A stretch of DNA of 64,000 nucleotides from Thermoplasmatota archaeon (GCA_038046785.1 JBBSVM010000001.1:75665-139664); one strand, 5' to 3'; positions 17,295 through 26,039 are shown, counted from the stretch's first letter. Notes: generated by a model from the letters alone, not told the origin. Numbers and translations are program-made.

Positions 17295-18553
17295 GCGGCG
17301 ACCTCCTTGCGAGCGAGTTTGGGCGTGACTTTCTCCATGAAAGCCGCCATGTTGCGAATGACGCGGTCGGAATCGTGGTTGAAGAAATCGAACCAGAGCA
17401 TGAGACGGTCGTCGGAGTGGTAGCGCGCGGCAAGCTGTTGCGCAACGTCGTCGGCGGTGCCGATGACAGCGTTGTCGGACGCCTCGCCGACTTTCTTCGG
17501 GTCGAGGGTGCCCTCCAGGGCGTTCCAATATGCGGCGAGCGCTGCCTTCGCCTCCGCCTGCGCGGCGGCGCGCCGTTGCTCGGGCGAGAGGACCGGCTCC
17601 TCGTTGAGGAAGACCAGGACGGTGCGCGGCATGTAGCTGCGTTTCCACGGGCCGCCCTCCTTGTGGAACACCTTGCGCATCCGTTCGTGCGTCGCGTCGA
17701 TGACGGTGCCCGGCGTGATGCTCAAATTGGCGACGTGGGCGGGCAGGAACTTGTTGGCGAGTTCGTGCGCCTGAGGATCGTGCGAGCCGACGACGAGCTG
17801 CACCAGTTCGCGGCGCCACGCCTGCGGGATAATTTTGAGGGGGTCGAAATGGAACTGCTTCGGGACGCGGATGCGTTCGTTTTCTCCCCCCGCCATCGAC
17901 GAGAGCCTGCCTTCCGCTTTCGCCGCGTCGCGTGCCTTCAGCCACTCCGGCTCGCTGCGGAAGTCTGCGCGGCCGATGGTGCGTTCCGGGACCTGGCCGC
18001 CAGCCAGCGTCTCTCCCGAGAGCAGCCTGGAGAAAACCTCGCAGGCCTCGAGAAAGACGGTGCCTTTCCACAACCCGAAGGGCAGCGCTTTCTCGAGCGG
18101 AGTGCGCGGCTCGATGCCGTAGGCGCGATTCATGTAATCGAAACGGCCGGCACTGAAGCCGACGTGGATGCGGCGCCGTTCGGCGGGGTCGAGGCCGTGC
18201 AGGGCCGCGAACATCGCGATGCGCTCCGCCGCGGCGACCGGGCCGCCGTTGCAGAGGATGTTCATGACGGCAGAGCCCACCTCGATGCGCTTGGTGCGGC
18301 GGAAGATCGCATGGGCGAACTGCAGCATGTCTGCGTTGAGGCCGACCTCCCCCTGCCAGTGCGGGATGACGGGAAGCCGGTTGCCCTTCTGCACTTCACT
18401 GCTAAGATGGCTTTCCGCGAGCCAGGCGACGCCGAAGCCGAGCCGATCCGCCGCCTCGATTTGCGCCATCGCGTTGGCGAACATCTCGCGCTCCGTCGGC
18501 GTGCGCCCCGCGACGGGGGTCTGGCTGATGGAGAGGAAAAGGTCGAACTCCAC
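17291..18553 (-). CDS. LLM-class (luciferase-like) flavin-dependent oxidoreductase
   Basis: 420 aa. The N-terminus EFDLFLS...AEAADRLGFGVAWLAESH is typical of luciferase-like monooxygenases. GTG start. Confidence 0.7.
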   Translation of the reverse strand: MEFDLFLSISQTPVAGRTPTEREMFANAMAQIEAADRLGFGVAWLAESHLSSEVQKGNRLPVIPHWQGEVGLNADMLQFAHAIFRRTKRIEVGSAVMNILCNGGPVAAAERIAMFAALHGLDPAERRRIHVGFSAGRFDYMNRAYGIEPRTPLEKALPFGLWKGTVFLEACEVFSRLLSGETLAGGQVPERTIGRADFRSEPEWLKARDAAKAEGRLSSMAGGENERIRVPKQFHFDPLKIIPQAWRRELVQLVVGSHDPQAHELANKFLPAHVANLSITPGTVIDATHERMRKVFHKEGGPWKRSYMPRTVLVFLNEEPVLSPEQRRAAAQAEAKAALAAYWNALEGTLDPKKVGEASDNAVIGTADDVAQQLAARYHSDDRLMLWFDFFNHDSDRVIRNMAAFMEKVTPKLARKEVAA

Positions 18554-18596
18554 GTCAAACCGTCCAGGGGTTGGTGCGCTTGAAGCCTGCGGACGG

Positions 18597-19415
18597 CTAC
18601 GCCGGGCTCGTCCCGGCTTGGTGCGTCACTTGGTTGCGCACGGTCCAGAGGGCGGGCCAGAGGGCGCCCTGGACATCCACCTCAAGCTGATGGACGGCAT
18701 AGCCCTTCAGGCTCTTGACGTCGCGGCCGATGATGCGCTTGACCAGGGCGAGGTGGGTCTGGCGCCAGAGCGTGAACGCCATGTCGACATCAGTCATCAT
18801 CTCAAGCAGCCGCAGGACATCGGGCTGCGAGCGAGGCTGGACGTAGATGGAGAGGATGTCGCTCTTGCGTCGCTTGAGGAGATCCTGGACTTTGGGCCAG
18901 AGGGCGGGCGCCTGCTGCTGAATCTGCCGGAACCCGGGCGACTCGGCGCCGGAGCCCTGTCCGAGAGCGGCGCGAATGACGTGGAAGTCCCACGGCGTCA
19001 TCGTCTCCAGGACCCGCAGCGCTTCCGTGTTGATGCGGAGCGTCGCGGAGGCACGCGCGAGAAGGGGATAGGCCTCAACCAGGCGGTCCTGCTCGATGAG
19101 GGTGCCAACACTCTTCAGCTCGAAGAGAACCAGCTTACACCACAGCTCGAACGACTGGTGCACAACTTGGAACATCAGTTCATCGTGGTGGACCCGCTCG
19201 CCCTCGGATTTCTGCAGCGCAAGCAGTTCCGGCACGCGCATGTAGGTCTCGTAGTCGGTGGTCTTGCCACTGGAGAGTCGTTGTGGGTTGTTGTGGCCAA
19301 TGGGGCCGACGCCGGAGACCGCTGAGGCGGCGGCGGCGACCCAGTCGCCCGCCTTCCCGGCCGCCCGTTTCGCCTTCTCCTTGATGCCCGTTCCTTTCGT
19401 GGAGGGGGGTTCCAT
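18597..19415 (-). CDS. kynA: tryptophan 2,3-dioxygenase
   Basis: TDYETYMRVPELLALQ...HDELMFQVVHQSFELW matches the TDO signature region. ATG 19415 preferred over GTG 19430. Confidence 0.8.
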   Translation of the reverse strand: MEPPSTKGTGIKEKAKRAAGKAGDWVAAAASAVSGVGPIGHNNPQRLSSGKTTDYETYMRVPELLALQKSEGERVHHDELMFQVVHQSFELWCKLVLFELKSVGTLIEQDRLVEAYPLLARASATLRINTEALRVLETMTPWDFHVIRAALGQGSGAESPGFRQIQQQAPALWPKVQDLLKRRKSDILSIYVQPRSQPDVLRLLEMMTDVDMAFTLWRQTHLALVKRIIGRDVKSLKGYAVHQLEVDVQGALWPALWTVRNQVTHQAGTSPA

Positions 19416-19501
19416 TGTACAAAACCGCACATCAATCCAGGTTGAACCCGCTCTTGAATCTTGCCGTTTCTCTCATATCCAAGGCGCGCCCATCTCTTGG
19501 T

Positions 19502-19696
19502 ATGGCTGGATTCTTCATCGCCGTTGCTGGGGGCGCGCTTCGCCTCACGGTCAAGTACCTCCTGGTCCCCGTCCTGGTTAGTGTCGCCACCGCCCTCGTC
19601 GCCGACGAGGTTGCCAAGAGGATGCGGCGCCGCACCGAGGCAATTGACGCCCGCCTCGCGGCGAACCGCCGGGTGCAATCCGCGCTCGCAGCCTGA
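19502..19696 (+). CDS. small membrane protein, hypothetical
   Basis: In-frame ATG 19502. Two hydrophobic stretches are followed by a basic tail. Divergent from kynA. Confidence 0.4.
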   Translation: MAGFFIAVAGGALRLTVKYLLVPVLVSVATALVADEVAKRMRRRTEAIDARLAANRRVQSALAA

Positions 19697-19749
19697 TCGG
19701 ACCCCGTTCGGCTCCGTTCGGCCTTAAATGGCCTCGCCTTCGCACCGCC

Positions 19750-20937
19750 GTGGCCGTCGATTTCACCCTCACGGATGAGCAGCGTTTGATTCGCGACATG
19801 ACGCGCGCCTTCGTCAACGAGCACATCACCCCCGAGATTGTCCGGGTCTGGGAGCAGGCGGGCGACCACCCGCACGACATCTACGAGAAGATGGCTGCAC
19901 AGGGCTTGCTTGGTGCTCCGTTCCCCACCGAATACGGCGGCGGCGGCCTCGACGCGGTAAGCTACGCCATCCTCACCGAGGAGCTCGCGAAGGGCTGCAG
20001 CAGCCTGCGCACCTCCATCTCCGTGCACGGCTCGCTGTGCGGTTCCACCCTCAAGGGTTTCGCCTCCGCCGAGCAGAAGAAGAAGTGGCTCCCCGACATG
20101 GCCGCCGGCAAGAAGCTCGGCGCCTGGGCGCTCACCGAACCGGGCTCCGGCTCCGACGCCGCCGGCATGTCCACCACCGCCAAACTGGAGGGCAACCACT
20201 ACGTCCTCAACGGCACGAAAGCGTGGATCTCGAACGGCGGCATCGCCGATCATGTCATCGTCTACGCCAAGACCAACCCCGCCCTCAAGCACAAGGGCAT
20301 CAGCTGCTTCATGGTCGAGAAGGGCACCGAAGGGTTCGAGTGCGTTGGCGTCGAGACCAAGAACAAGCTCGGTCTGCGCAGCAGCCCGACCGCAACACTC
20401 GCTTTCACCGATTGCCGCATCCCGAAAGAGAACCTCATCGGCAAAGAGGGCGACGGGTGGAAGAACGCCATGTACGTTCTCAACCACGGCCGCCTTTCTG
20501 TGGCAGCCGGTGGAGTTGGAATCGCCCAAGCCGCGTACGAGGCGAGCCTGAAGTACGCGAGCGAACGCAGCGCCTTCGGCCGCCCCATCGGCAACTACCA
20601 GCTCGTCCAGGCGATGCTCGCCGACATGGATGTACAGATTCAGGCGGGCCGCCTCCTCGTGTGGGAAGCCGCCCGCAGCCGCGAGGCGTACGACCGCGGC
20701 GAAATCACGCGCGACCAGTGGACCCTCGCCGTCAGCCGCGCCAAGCTGTTTGTGGCCGAGATGAGCCTCAAGGTGTGCGAGGACGCCATCCAGGTGCACG
20801 GCGCCAACGGCTACACCGACGCCTACCCCGTGGAGCGCTACTGGCGCGATGCGAAGATTCTGGGGATTTACGAGGGCACGAACCAAATTCAACGCCTCAT
20901 CATTGGTCGGCTTGTGACTGGCTTGCGCGACACGTAG
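19750..20937 (+). CDS. acyl-CoA dehydrogenase
   Basis: Full-length ACAD architecture with the C-terminal [12 protein letters not shown] block. Confidence 0.9.
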   Translation: MAVDFTLTDEQRLIRDMTRAFVNEHITPEIVRVWEQAGDHPHDIYEKMAAQGLLGAPFPTEYGGGGLDAVSYAILTEELAKGCSSLRTSISVHGSLCGSTLKGFASAEQKKKWLPDMAAGKKLGAWALTEPGSGSDAAGMSTTAKLEGNHYVLNGTKAWISNGGIADHVIVYAKTNPALKHKGISCFMVEKGTEGFECVGVETKNKLGLRSSPTATLAFTDCRIPKENLIGKEGDGWKNAMYVLNHGRLSVAAGGVGIAQAAYEASLKYASERSAFGRPIGNYQLVQAMLADMDVQIQAGRLLVWEAARSREAYDRGEITRDQWTLAVSRAKLFVAEMSLKVCEDAIQVHGANGYTDAYPVERYWRDAKILGIYEGTNQIQRLIIGRLVTGLRDT

Positions 20938-21669
20938 ATGCCCACCGCCGTGCGTCCGTCGTCCGTCAAGGCGACGGTCGCCCGTTTGGAACAGCAGCTC
21001 GCCGAGCAGGGAACCCCTGCGCGCGCCGCCAGCGCCAAGGCCTACCTCAAGTCCGACCTCGAGTTCCTCGGCGCCGACATCCCGAGTGTCCGCCGCGTCG
21101 CCGTCGCGTTCACGAAAGAGGAGCCCGAGATGGACCACCTGCGTCTTCTGGCCATCGCGACGGCACTCTGGAAGCCGCCCGTCTTCGAGTTGCGCGCCCT
21201 CGCCGTCGCCCTTCTCGAGCGCAAGCAGAAACTCCTCGCCGCCGCCGACCTGGACGCGCTGGAGAAGATGACGCGCGAGGCGAAGACCTGGGCGCTCAGC
21301 GACTGGCTCGCCATTCACGTTGTCGGAGCCATCGTGCGCCGCGAGCCGAGTGAGCTTCGCCGCCTCGACCGCTGGGCGAAGGACGACGATTTTTGGGTGC
21401 GGCGTCTCGCCCTCATCTGCCAACGCGTCGATTTCGCGAAAGGAGAAGGCGACTGGCCGGGCTTCGTGCGCCGCGCCGACGCGATGCTCGCCGAGAAAGA
21501 GTTCTTTGTTCGCAAGGCGATTGGCTGGATGCTGCGTGAACGGAGCAAGTTGCGACCCGAGGAGGTCGTCGCATTCGTCGGGCCGCGCAAAGAGCGCATG
21601 GCGGGCCTCACGTTCCGCGAAGCGACGCGCAACCTCGCCGACGGCCACCGCGTCGCACTTGGGCTCTAA
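20938..21669 (+). CDS. DNA alkylation repair protein (AlkD-like HEAT repeat family)
   Basis: Family-typical blocks AYLKSDLEFLG, DDFWVRR and FVRKAIGWMLRE. The start abuts the ACAD stop. Confidence 0.7.
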   Translation: MPTAVRPSSVKATVARLEQQLAEQGTPARAASAKAYLKSDLEFLGADIPSVRRVAVAFTKEEPEMDHLRLLAIATALWKPPVFELRALAVALLERKQKLLAAADLDALEKMTREAKTWALSDWLAIHVVGAIVRREPSELRRLDRWAKDDDFWVRRLALICQRVDFAKGEGDWPGFVRRADAMLAEKEFFVRKAIGWMLRERSKLRPEEVVAFVGPRKERMAGLTFREATRNLADGHRVALGL

Positions 21670-22709
21670 CGTTTCGGCTCGGGCCCAAGGTAGAGGCCAC
21701 GCCGGAAGCGCGGAATGAAAGCCATGAGGACGGCGAGCCGCGACAGTTCGGTGCGATCGAAGCGGCCCTCAGTAAGCCAGCCGATGGCGCCTGTCGTGGA
21801 GCCGATGCGTGGGTCGTTGGCGATGGGCCCCAGGACGTCGCTCACCATTTCGCCCTTGATGGCCCTCGTCGTGAGCCACTCCGGGTAATGGAACGCCGGC
21901 CCCCAGCCGTGCGTTTCCCAGCCGTTGCGGTCCAAGATGGCGCACGCCTGCGCCTCCAGGTAGCCCTCGTGGCCGGGGAACGGGATGAGCCCCGCCTCGA
22001 TGCCGACGGCATAGTCCGCGTCCGGCCAGGCGGCCAGGGCGGCACGAGCGCGGTTCTGGGCGCCGGTCAATGTCTCTCCGTCGCGCGGCTGCTCGGCGAC
22101 ACCGCTTGCCACCGCGAATCCTTTGACATCGGTGGCAATGCGCGTGGTGCGGGTGAACTCCTCGAGAACGGCGGCGACCTTGACGCCGTTGGCGGAGCCC
22201 ACCGCGACGCGGAGGGGCTGCAGGCGGCGGCCGTCGGCGTCGATGTGCCCCGCCGCGATGCGGGTGGCGCTGATGGGAAGGAGGTCCTCGGCGAGGACAT
22301 GCGGAACGACGCGCACATCGAGAGCCGGAAGGCGGCGTTCCAGGCGAGCACGGTTGATGGCTTCGGCGCCGCGCTCGGTCTCCGGACTCACGACGATGCG
22401 ATCGTAAGGACCCGTTGCCGCCGGACCCGCCCCGTCGGAGAGCGGGCGCACAGCGAGGGCTCCGCGGTAACCCGCCTCGTCGAGGTAGCGGCGCACCCGC
22501 TCGGCACGCTCGGCCCAGGGCGCCACGGTGCGACCGGGGCGGGCGGCGAGCGGGCCCTCGGTGAGCCCGACGAAGAGGTCGGTCGCTCCCTCGGCGGCGG
22601 CGCGCAGCAGGGCGCGATGGCCGGCATGGAGGGGGTCGAAGGTTCCGCCCAGACAGACCCGCACGGCACGCGGAGCCCCAGCGCTCAAGATAGCGCCTTC
22701 GCCAGGCAA
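21666..22709 (-). CDS. fusion of archaeal-type phosphopantetheine adenylyltransferase and YjjX/DUF84 non-canonical NTP phosphatase
   Basis: The N-terminal half has the nucleotidyltransferase block GGTFDPLHAGH plus ISATRI. The C-terminal half is YjjX-like (VGSANGVKV...SGVAEQP...GAQNRA...GIEAG). Confidence 0.75.
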   Translation of the reverse strand: MPGEGAILSAGAPRAVRVCLGGTFDPLHAGHRALLRAAAEGATDLFVGLTEGPLAARPGRTVAPWAERAERVRRYLDEAGYRGALAVRPLSDGAGPAATGPYDRIVVSPETERGAEAINRARLERRLPALDVRVVPHVLAEDLLPISATRIAAGHIDADGRRLQPLRVAVGSANGVKVAAVLEEFTRTTRIATDVKGFAVASGVAEQPRDGETLTGAQNRARAALAAWPDADYAVGIEAGLIPFPGHEGYLEAQACAILDRNGWETHGWGPAFHYPEWLTTRAIKGEMVSDVLGPIANDPRIGSTTGAIGWLTEGRFDRTELSRLAVLMAFIPRFRRGLYLGPEPKR

Positions 22710-22738
22710 CTTTTAGGTCGGATGCCCATCGAGGCGGC

Positions 22739-23548
22739 ATGGCGCACCGTCTCGCCGTCATCGGGCCCGGCAACATGGCTTCCGCCGTCGTGCGCGGCCT
22801 GCTCGCCACGAAATGGGCGACGCCGTCGCAGATGGCCGCCATCCACCCCAAGCGCGAACGGACGGCCGCACTTTCCAAAACGCTCGGCATCGAGGTTGTC
22901 TCCGCCATGAAGGCGGTGGTCGGGGCCGAAGTCATCCTGCTTGGCGTCAAGCCGCAAATCCTCCCTGAGGTTCTCGCCGAGCTGGCGCGCCACGTTCAGC
23001 CGGGCCAGGTTGTCCTCAGCATGGCGGCCGGTTTCCCGACGCGCCGCATCGAATCGGCCCTCGGCGACGTTCCGGTCGTGCGTGCCATGCCCAATGTTGC
23101 CGCCACCGTCGGGCTGGGGGCGACCGCCATCTGCCCTGGTCGCAACGCCAGCAAGGCGCACCTCGCCGTCGCGCGCGAGATTTTCGGCGCCGTCGGCACC
23201 GTCGAGGAGGTCTCCGAGAGTCTGATGGATGCGGTGACCGGCCTGTCGGGGACCGGGCCGATGTATGTCTTCCATTTCGTCGAGGCGATGGCGGATGCCG
23301 GCGTCAAGGTCGGCCTGTCGCGCGAGGTCGCGACACGGTTGGCCATCCAGACCCTCATCGGCTCCGCCCACTTGGCGCGCGATTCGCACCTCCACGCCGC
23401 CGCCCTCAAAGACCAGGTCACCAGCCCCGGCGGCACCGCCATCGCGGCGCTTCATGTCCTGCGCCGGGAAGGGTTCCAAGCCATCGTCATGGACGCCGTC
23501 GAGGCCGCGACCAAGCGGAGCGCCGAGCTGGGCCAGGCTCCCCATTGA
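22739..23548 (+). CDS. proC: pyrroline-5-carboxylate reductase
   Basis: VIGPGNMASA Rossmann start and the C-terminal SPGGTAIAAL block. Confidence 0.9.
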   Translation: MAHRLAVIGPGNMASAVVRGLLATKWATPSQMAAIHPKRERTAALSKTLGIEVVSAMKAVVGAEVILLGVKPQILPEVLAELARHVQPGQVVLSMAAGFPTRRIESALGDVPVVRAMPNVAATVGLGATAICPGRNASKAHLAVAREIFGAVGTVEEVSESLMDAVTGLSGTGPMYVFHFVEAMADAGVKVGLSREVATRLAIQTLIGSAHLARDSHLHAAALKDQVTSPGGTAIAALHVLRREGFQAIVMDAVEAATKRSAELGQAPH

Positions 23549-23591
23549 GCGGCGGCAGCTTCACAAAAGGCGGTCCAGTCGCAGCCCCTGC

Positions 23592-23663
23592 GCCGACGTA
23601 GCACAGCGGTAGTGCAGCTGTCTTGTAAACAGCAGGTCGTGTGTTCAAATCACACCGTCGGCT
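23592..23663 (+). tRNA. tRNA-Thr (UGU)
   Basis: Hand-folded cloverleaf: acceptor GCCGACG/CGTCGGC, anticodon loop CTTGTAA, T arm GTGTG-TTCAAAT-CACAC. No encoded CCA. Confidence 0.9.
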
Positions 23664-23689
23664 TTCATTGGCAGTTCGGCAGGCCTGCG

Positions 23690-23748
23690 CGGTCCGCAAT
23701 GGAATGCGGACCGTGCCGTCCAACGTGATTGACCTTCGTTTGAAGGTC
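23690..23748 (+). other. conserved two-hairpin module downstream of tRNA-Thr
   Basis: A 9-bp hairpin CGGTCCGCA/TGCGGACCG is followed by TGCCGTCCAACGTGATT and a 7-bp hairpin GACCTTC-GTTT-GAAGGTC. It is homologous to 51182-51240 on the minus strand. Confidence 0.6.
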
Positions 23749-23770
23749 GAGTGGGATCACACCGTCGGCT
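23744..23770 (+). repeat. partial duplicate of the tRNA-Thr 3' half (att-like remnant)
   Basis: AGGTCGAGTGGGATCACACCGTCGGCT compares with tRNA nt 23634-23663. The last 15 nt, ATCACACCGTCGGCT, are identical. Confidence 0.8.
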
Positions 23771-23873
23771 CTCCAGAGAAACGCGTCCTCGTGCCGCCTG
23801 CGGCCACGCCGTTGCCGCAACTTTCGCTTCACCCCCCAAGAGGCTCAAACGACTGCCCGCATTGGACTGTGGC

Positions 23874-24098
23874 GTGACCGTCTCCCCAGCTGCCCACGAG
23901 GTGCTCGGCTGCCTCGCCGCCTTCGACCACTCCGGCCCCCACCGCACCCCGCCGCTGCGCCGTCGCACCCATCTGAGTGAGGAGTCCTACCGCGCGGCGC
24001 TGCACGAACTCTCCGACCTCGGCCTCGTCCGGTTGGAGCAAGAAGACCTCTGGGTCACCACGCTCGGCAGCCACATCGTCGACGCGGCGTTTGCCTGA
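23874..24098 (+). CDS. small winged-helix-like protein, hypothetical
   Basis: In-frame GTG 23874 within track ORF 23751..24098. The segment LSEESYRAALHELSDLGLVRLE resembles a wHTH recognition region. Confidence 0.4.
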   Translation: MTVSPAAHEVLGCLAAFDHSGPHRTPPLRRRTHLSEESYRAALHELSDLGLVRLEQEDLWVTTLGSHIVDAAFA

Positions 24099-24134
24099 CG
24101 GACTCCTTTTCATCCGGCCCTTCATCCCAACCGT

Positions 24135-24812
24135 GTGCTCAAAGTCGCCCCCAGCATCCTCTCGGCTGACTTCTCCCGCCTCGGCGCCGACATCGCCGCC
24201 GTCGAGAAAGCGGGCGCCGACTGGCTGCACGTGGACGTCATGGATGGCCGCTTCGTGCCGAACATCACGCTTGGCCCCCCCATCGTGAAGGCCATCCGGC
24301 CGCACACGAAGCTCCTACTCGACTGCCACCTCATGATTGTTGAGCCAGAGAAATTCATTGCCGACTTCGCCGCCGCCGGCGCCGACAGCATCACCGTCCA
24401 CGCCGAGGCGTGCACCCACCTGCACCGCACCATCCAGCAGATCAAGGCGCTCGGCAAGAGGGCGGGTGTCAGCCTCAACCCCGCCACACACGAATCCATC
24501 CTGGAGTACGTCATCAAGGAGGTGGACCTCGTCCTCGTGATGTCGGTCAACCCCGGTTTTGGCGGCCAATCCTTCATCGAAGCGGTCGTGCCAAAGATTG
24601 AGCGCATCGCCAAGATGGCCACCGCCGCCGGTCGCGGCAAGACCCTGCCACCGCTCGAAATCCAAGTGGATGGCGGCATCAACGGCGAGACCGCGCGCAT
24701 CGTCGAGAAGGCGGGCGCCACCGTCGCCGTCGCCGGCTCGTTCATCTACGGCTCCAAGGACATCGCCAAAGCCATCAAGGCGGTGCGCGGGACGCAGAAG
24801 CGGCTGGCGTAA
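24135..24812 (+). CDS. rpe: ribulose-phosphate 3-epimerase
   Basis: APSILSADF, HVDVMDG and MSVNPGFGGQ blocks. Confidence 0.9.
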   Translation: MLKVAPSILSADFSRLGADIAAVEKAGADWLHVDVMDGRFVPNITLGPPIVKAIRPHTKLLLDCHLMIVEPEKFIADFAAAGADSITVHAEACTHLHRTIQQIKALGKRAGVSLNPATHESILEYVIKEVDLVLVMSVNPGFGGQSFIEAVVPKIERIAKMATAAGRGKTLPPLEIQVDGGINGETARIVEKAGATVAVAGSFIYGSKDIAKAIKAVRGTQKRLA

Positions 24813-24884
24813 CCCCGAGGCGAACTCGACACTCCAAGCGCTTCACCACCAACCTCTTAGCCTGGATTTGGAGGTCGGTGGCTG

Positions 24885-25520
24885 ATGCTGTTGGCCTTGA
24901 TGAATCGAAACTCGTCCCGCGCTCTTGGCCTTCGAGCGGCAGTCATCATCCTGGTTTTTGCGTTGGCCGGCTGCGCGGATTCCAAAGCTGCGGGCACATC
25001 ATCGAACTCGCCGTCGGCTCCGTCGTCTGCGGTTTCTGCGTCCCTTGCGCCGTCAACTCCCAACAGCCAACCCATCCCATGGACCGTTAAGGCCGTTGAA
25101 TGGAACGGCGACATCGGAACCGTCCAGTGTGTGTTTGGCGCTCCGGCAGTTCCTTCTGGCTGTTTCGTTCCCGGTCTCCCTTCACCCACCAACCCCGAGG
25201 CCCCGAACACGTTCGAATCGGAAACCCAGGGCCCCGTCATGCTCGCAGGGAACCTGACGTTGACCTGGCAGCCCACCACGATGCTGACACAATCCCTCTG
25301 GGTTCGGTTCTTCGAAAGCGAGGGGGACCGCCGCCTTTTGCTCAACATCACCGGCACGTCGCCTCTTGCTCTGCCTCTCGACAGTCTGAACCTCACCGCC
25401 AACGCCCGGTTGCAGACCTACATTCTGCCTGCAGCCAACCAAGTCGGTGGCGCCCAAGTCCTGTTCGCCGCTGGACAACCCATCAGCCTAAGCGGTACTG
25501 TGCTGAGCCGACCCACCTAA
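24885..25520 (+). CDS. lipoprotein, hypothetical
   Basis: Signal peptide with lipobox LAGC, followed by a Ser/Pro-rich linker. Confidence 0.65.
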   Translation: MLLALMNRNSSRALGLRAAVIILVFALAGCADSKAAGTSSNSPSAPSSAVSASLAPSTPNSQPIPWTVKAVEWNGDIGTVQCVFGAPAVPSGCFVPGLPSPTNPEAPNTFESETQGPVMLAGNLTLTWQPTTMLTQSLWVRFFESEGDRRLLLNITGTSPLALPLDSLNLTANARLQTYILPAANQVGGAQVLFAAGQPISLSGTVLSRPT

Positions 25521-25670
25521 CCAATCCGCTCTGCTCAGAAGCGCAAATCTGGGGCGTTCCCCTTTTGTATGGGGTCCATGTGCGACAGTTCGTGCTCTCG
25601 CATACGAGAGCCTGATTTCGGGCGGTTCCCAACCGACGCCACGTTCCCGGAATCAGGTTTGCATCCAAAC

Positions 25671-25745
25671 GGCCCGGTTAGTGTAGCCTGGTTAACATAT
25701 GGGATTGTGGCTCCCTTGTGCGGGGTTCAAATCCCCGATCGGGCC
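25671..25745 (+). tRNA. tRNA-His (GUG) with genome-encoded G-1
   Basis: Acceptor GCCCGGT/ATCGGGC is preceded by an extra G that pairs with C73. Anticodon loop TTGTGGC; T loop TTCAAAT. Confidence 0.9.
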
Positions 25746-25750
25746 CCTTC

Positions 25751-26011
25751 ATGTCCGCAGCGGCGACTCTGCCTTCAGCGACTCCTGAGGTTGCCGACAA
25801 AAAGCGGCCGGCGAGCCATTGGTGGCGTAAACTCGCGGCGTTGCTCCTGGTTCTCATCTCCGTGACCAGCGGCATGCTTGGCCTCGGCCTCACCACCTCC
25901 GGCAATCTCTGGGGAATCGCCTTGATGATCGTCATGCCGCTTGGCATTTACGCCGCCTCCCGCGTTACCCCCGAAGCAGGAACGACCGGCTACTTCGACC
26001 GGAACATCTGA
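25751..26011 (+). CDS. small membrane protein, hypothetical
   Basis: ATG 25751 lies 5 nt after tRNA-His. Two TM helices. Confidence 0.45.
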   Translation: MSAAATLPSATPEVADKKRPASHWWRKLAALLLVLISVTSGMLGLGLTTSGNLWGIALMIVMPLGIYAASRVTPEAGTTGYFDRNI

Positions 26012-26039
26012 CCCGCCTCCACCTGCGGTTTGAAGTGCC

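Noticed and set aside
17295-18071. Upstream extension of the asparaginase-II-like ORF to 18071. Comparable Arg-rich extensions occur on the E2 ORF to 41745, the FabI ORF to 3605 and the kinase ORF to 1599.
   Set aside because: The extensions overlap well-supported neighbouring genes in another frame and are compositionally aberrant. Internal starts that abut or overlap the upstream stop fit the pattern seen across the rest of the window.
19432-21648. 738-aa minus-strand ORF spanning the acyl-CoA dehydrogenase and AlkD-like genes.
   Set aside because: It is antisense to two plus-strand genes that have clear family signatures. The sequence is Arg/Ala/Gly-rich low complexity, typical of shadow ORFs in high-GC DNA.
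23664-24134. An integrated prophage or plasmid at tRNA-Thr.
   Set aside because: Only ~90 nt lie between the direct repeats, and no integrase, capsid or replication gene follows. At most it is a scar, and it is reported as such.
25604-25668. Hairpins upstream of tRNA-His (GCTCTCG-CATA-CGAGAGC and CCTGATTTCGGG...CCCGGAATCAGG), considered as a regulatory RNA.
   Set aside because: They are single occurrences with no second copy in the window and no recognisable family. This is too weak to report as a finding.
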